Assembly (NCBI GenBank): GCA_905178155.1
Contig: CAJINV010000010.1
Location: 2,364,778-2,428,777, forward strand
From: Amoebophrya sp. A120
Lineage: Eukaryota > Protista > Dinoflagellata
Direction: 5' to 3'
DNA: 64,000 bases
The notes beneath the pieces are model-generated. The model saw only the letters and a list, made by a program, of their open reading frames with translations. It searched no databases and was not told the DNA's origin. A program made the position numbers and the translations under genes. Shown here one piece after another: positions 59,719 through 64,000 of this stretch (within the stretch, counting starts at the first letter, position 1; every line of letters begins with the position of its first letter).

Positions 59719-62700
59719 TCATACAAGAATTCCAAATGGGACGAGTAAATCATGTAGTGATAAACGTAAACCTAAACTGTCTTCATTATCTCCCCTCTGA
59801 ACTACATCAAGCTCAACAAGAGGTTCCTTATCCCATGTAGGTGGTCGAAGTGGTGTTCCCCCCGGCGTTATACCAGGACGAACTCGAGCCTGATTTCTCA
59901 TGCGCCCGATCGCCCGAGTTGTACCAGGTGCGGCTCTTCCCCTCCCACCTGCTGTCCGGCTCGGCGCGGTTGGCACTGCTGTTCAATCGAATGCAAACAT
60001 GTCGGGGTCAGTAAACAAGTTGCGAGACTTGTCATGCGAATTTTCCATGACCCATGAGGTGTGGAGTGCGGGACCCAGCATGACAGATTCTTTGAGGTCT
60101 CCATCAAGCCTATACTGCATGAAAAAAAAGCTCCCTCTCGACCTGGTCAGAAGGGAACAACTTTTGGCCCTCATGCAAGACAGATTTTTGCATGATCCAG
60201 ATTTAGCATGACAAGTTGCAATCTTCCAGACCCAGACATGTTTGCAATCCATATGTCCCATCGCCGCTCTCGGGTGTCGTCATCGCGGGACGCGGACCCC
60301 CACTTCTGCCCGGACGAAGGGTAGTTGTAGTCTGTTATATTTTTCGACGACGTGTTGTCACTTTGTCATGCACAAAACAGCTAGAGAAAGTTGTAGATGA
60401 GAAATTCACCATGCATGCCACACACAGAATCAAGGCGTAGAACAGGTTGTCTACTTCCTTTATCAAATAAACCAGAAATAAAGTTCACCATCTACGAAAA
60501 ATCACAACAAGCAGTAGTACCCCGAGAAGCGTAACTGGCCTCCCGATCCCCACCCCGCCTGTCGTACCGGCTGCTGGTGCCGTACTCCCGGAATTTGCTC
60601 TCTCCCGTACCGGACCGGTGGTAATCCTTGCCGTAAGACCCATATCCCGTGTTGTTGTCTTTCCCGCCCCGACCCGCGTTCGGCGCCGGCGGCCCCATGG
60701 GGTTGTTTTCGAAGCCCGGTCCGAAGTAGCGCCAAGTGGTTACGTCGTTTCCGCGCCCGCGGCCGCCGGGTTCGTCCATCAGCGCAACGCCCTTCTGGTG
60801 CAGCTCGTGGCGAATCGCGTCGGCTTCCTTGTAGTTGCCGACCTGTGAATGTCATCGTCAATGTGATGGTGGAAATTACATTTTATACAAACTTGCTCAG
60901 CAATACTGCAGAATGGAATTTGTCGTGCTGGTTCTTTAGCTAATAGGAAAAATAAGATGTGTGGTCATGCACGCAATGACTGCATCACTAAATACCCGTC
61001 TCGCTTCGTTCCGCTTCTCCACCAGCCTTTCGATCTCGGTGGGCGTTGGGCACCCCGCCGGCAAACCTTCATTTTGTTCCTCAGTCTGGCTTATGCATTG
61101 CAAATATGTCTGCGTCTGGGTCTGGAAAGTTGTCATGCTAATGTCCGAATGTTCCGCAAACTGTGTTGCGCCGCTGCGCATGACAAGTGTCTGAGCAGCT
61201 ATGTCTAGCGCTAAGCGCATGACAAATAGCCTCTTTGCATGACAAGCAAGTGGCGTTGTAGCGCAACAAGCATCACAGACTTTTCTATATTACCGGCCAA
61301 GCATGAAAACCTTGTATTCTTCCAGACCCAGACATTTTTGCAATCCATATGGCTGCCGCCGGTTCGATCCAACAACCCGTGCTCCCTTACCGGTGGCCGG
61401 TACGGCTTGCTCTGCGGGACCACATTGTCCCCGTTATTTTGGTGATTTTCCTTTTCCGGACCTCCACTCTGCCCCCGGGTAGAAATGGTATTCTCGTCCG
61501 CAATCGTTGAGGGCGTCGAGGATTTATCAAATGCAAAAATGTCTGGGTCTGGAAGATTCCGAGATTTGTCATGCAGTTTTTCCAAGCTCCACTAAGTCTG
61601 GAATGCAGGGCCTAGCATCACAGGATCTGCAGCCCCTTTGTGATGCCTGTTCTGCATGAGAAATGCCCCCTCAGCATGGCCAGAATTGAGCACCTTTTGC
61701 AAGTCACGCAACACAGATTTTTGTATGATGCGCAACATGCATCACAAGTTGCATCCTTCCAGACCCAGACTACATTTTTGCATTTGATAGGATTCTGCGT
61801 GCTCCAACTTCGACGGCGATATGCAAGAAAAAAACTGTGTAAGTGTAAATTTGTGTTGCAGAGGATGCAACAGAGTTACACCTGTCATGCCAGACAGCCA
61901 TGAAGTCCTATTTTCATGTGTGTTTTCCCTTACAAACCATGCATGACAGGTTTTCTCTGTCATGGAGAGCAAATTTGTGATGCTGTTCCTCAAAGAAAGT
62001 TACACTTACACACTTTTTTTCCTGGATAGGCGAAGCAAACAGCACACTGGCGCTGTTGCCGCTGGCTGCGTTGAGGCTGGTACTTCCAGAGCCATTGGTC
62101 GACAGACTTGTGTTCATCATATTACCTGGAACACCTCCAACTCCGAGAGCAGAAGTCGTCTGCACGGAGGTTCTATCCAATGCAAAAATGTCTGGGTCTG
62201 GAAGATTGCGAGATTTGTCATGCTGATCTGGCATGGCCCTTAAATCTGTATTGCGTGGCCACAAACAGCCTCTCTCGCCTGTCATGCAAAAACGCAGTTT
62301 CTCATGCGGAATACGCAGCACAGAAGCACGAAGCAACTTGTCATGCTTGGCGGCGCATTACACTGCATTTGCTTTTGACTGACTTGCATCACAAGTTTCC
62401 AGACCCAGACATTTTTGCATTTCATAGGTTCCGCTCGACGGCTGTCCCTGCGCGAAAGTCTATCCTGAGTAAAAACGTACCCACGCCAGAGTTGTAATGC
62501 AGATTTGCAAAGACAGGAAGACTTGTAATGCGCATCCCCATGAGAGCCATTTCCAATCGTGTTTTGGAATTTGTGATGCTGTGAACAGAGTGAGCAGATG
62601 AATCTGTGACGCGGCTGCACTTGCTAACCAGCACTACACTGCGGAGTGCAATTTGTCATGCGTGACTCCCAAAACTCCTAGGTTTGTGTTGCAAAATCCC

Positions 62701-64000
62701 CATCCTGACTCTGGTGTGGGGACGTTTTTACTCAGGATAAAGTCATCGGTGTTCCTTGTGACATCGGGTAAAGGTTGTTCACACTCTGGAAAGCGCCAAA
62801 GTTGGGGAACAACCCGGAAGTGCTGCCCATAGCGCCGCCGTTGCCGTTAGATGTACCAGAGGCAGGGCCTGCCATGGGGGTCGCAAACGGGGCCGGGAAA
62901 GATGACCCATTGGTTATTCCCATGCCACCTGGAACAAAACCACCGCCCATCATCTGGCTGGTGCTGTCCATCGGCAACCCCTGCGCGTTCAGAGGCGGCA
63001 GAGGCACCGGTGGTAACAGCGGCATCGGGGGAAGCGCTGGGACCTGCGGTATCGTACAACTACCGGGTTGAAAGCTCGCGGCATTCACGTTGAAGTTCGT
63101 TGCGGAGAGCTGCTGTTGTTGACCTTGTTGTTGTCCGGATGTTGATATCCTGTGCAAAAGTATCGCGCTCGTAGTAATTGCAGTCACGCATTACAAGTTT
63201 TTTTCTCGAGGTAACTCCGCATTACAAATTTTATTTCTCATGCTGAGAGGATGAGGACTTGTCATGCATTTATACGAGTACGATACTTATTTTGCAGTTC
63301 ATAGTTGAAAGTAGACCGTTTGTCGTGGTAACCGAGCTACCGACAGACATGGTTGGCTGCAGCAGAATCCCGGATCCCAAGCCGCTGGTGAGGGAGCTGT
63401 TGCAGCTGTTCAGCGTGTATCCACTGCAAATATGTCTGGGTCTGGGAGATTGCGAGATTTGTCATGCCCGTCTGGCATGACTCTCAACTCTGTATTGCAT
63501 GCATGCGAAGCGCTCCTCTTGTCTGTCATGCAAAAACGCAGTTTCTGATGCGGAGTGCGCAACTCTGAAGGACGCATAAACTTGTCATCTGGGCAGCGCA
63601 TTACTGTGTGCTCACTACTCCCTTCTTTGCATCACAACTTTCCAGACCCAGAGATATTTGCAATGCATAGCGTGTTTTGGAGCAACTGCATCCCGGGTGT
63701 CGGATTGTTGTTCATCTGCGACGCGGAATATAGATTGCAAAAATGTCTGGGTTTGGAAGAATGCAAGATTGTCATGCTTGTCTGGCATGACTCGAGAATC
63801 TGTATTGCATAGGCACGAAAAGGCCCTCTTGCCTGTCATGCAAAAACGCAGTTTGCCATGCGGAATACGTAAGACATGGCAGCCAAGAAATTTGTCATGC
63901 ATAGCTGCGTATTGCAGTGCGTCCAACCATCATTCACTTTTAGCATTACAAGTTTCCAGACCCAGACATATTTGCACTTGATACGGAACTAGACAACTGC
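59719..64000 (-). CDS. Low-complexity protein with CysRS anticodon-binding-like domain and PAM2-like motif; 5' end beyond window
   Basis: EIERLVEKRNEARRV|GNYKEADAIRHELHQKGVALMD...TTWR (about 60730-61050), NFNVNAASFQP (63062-63097) and an RG-rich tail. Contains 9 TIR elements. Confidence 0.6.
59985..60253. mobile_element. Introner family A
   Basis: TSD TGTTC/TGTCC. Confidence 0.82.
61092..61349. mobile_element. Introner family A
   Basis: TSD TGGCT. Confidence 0.88.
61525..61789. mobile_element. Introner family A
   Basis: TSD GGATT. Confidence 0.88.
61820..62028. mobile_element. Introner family D
   Basis: TSD GGCGA. Confidence 0.9.
62174..62426. mobile_element. Introner family A
   Basis: TSD GGTTC. 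Confidence 0.88.
62461..62739. mobile_element. Introner family C
   Basis: TSD AAGTC. Confidence 0.9.
63146..63303. mobile_element. Introner family F
   Basis: TSD GTTGA; similar to 28101-28245. Confidence 0.85.
63418..63669. mobile_element. Introner family A
   Basis: TSD GCGTG. Confidence 0.88.
63729..63983. mobile_element. Introner family A
   Basis: TSD CGGAA. Confidence 0.88.

Noticed and set aside
1728-63981. Many short ORFs sharing CKNVWVW, PDPDIFAFD, FQTQT or GVGTFLLRI as a protein family
   Set aside because: They are translations of element TIRs in different frames.
1841-63983. Recurrent 30-bp repeats as a CRISPR array or REP-like repeats
   Set aside because: They occur as inverted pairs 150-330 bp apart with TSDs inside eukaryotic genes, not as direct repeats with spacers; no cas genes.

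Overview
Eukaryotic nuclear DNA. About nine protein-coding genes, all on the minus strand: a Rab18, a UDP-glucuronate 4-epimerase, an RPAP2/Rtr1, a divergent kinesin-3, a sugar O-methyltransferase-like protein, a protein with a CysRS anticodon-binding-like domain, and several low-complexity or membrane proteins. The dominant feature is about 62 non-autonomous elements of 145-335 bp in at least 8 terminal-inverted-repeat (TIR) families, covering roughly a quarter of the window. Nearly all begin TAT and end ATA, are flanked by a 5-bp direct repeat (TSD), and lie inside coding sequence. At the junctions I translated by hand, removing the element plus one TSD copy restores the frame and conserved motifs, often with no GT-AG available. 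These look like transposon-derived non-canonical introns (introners). With the unidirectional gene order, this matches what is described for the parasitic dinoflagellate Amoebophrya (organism assignment is my inference). Further observations: near-identical copies act as introns in either orientation; a GCAT(G/C/T)ACA motif is shared by all families and also occurs in GT-AG introns; a Helitron-like element is nested inside one introner; and two larger MITEs are present. No transposase, rRNA, tRNA or CRISPR array was found. Coordinates were counted by hand and may be off by 1-2 nt.
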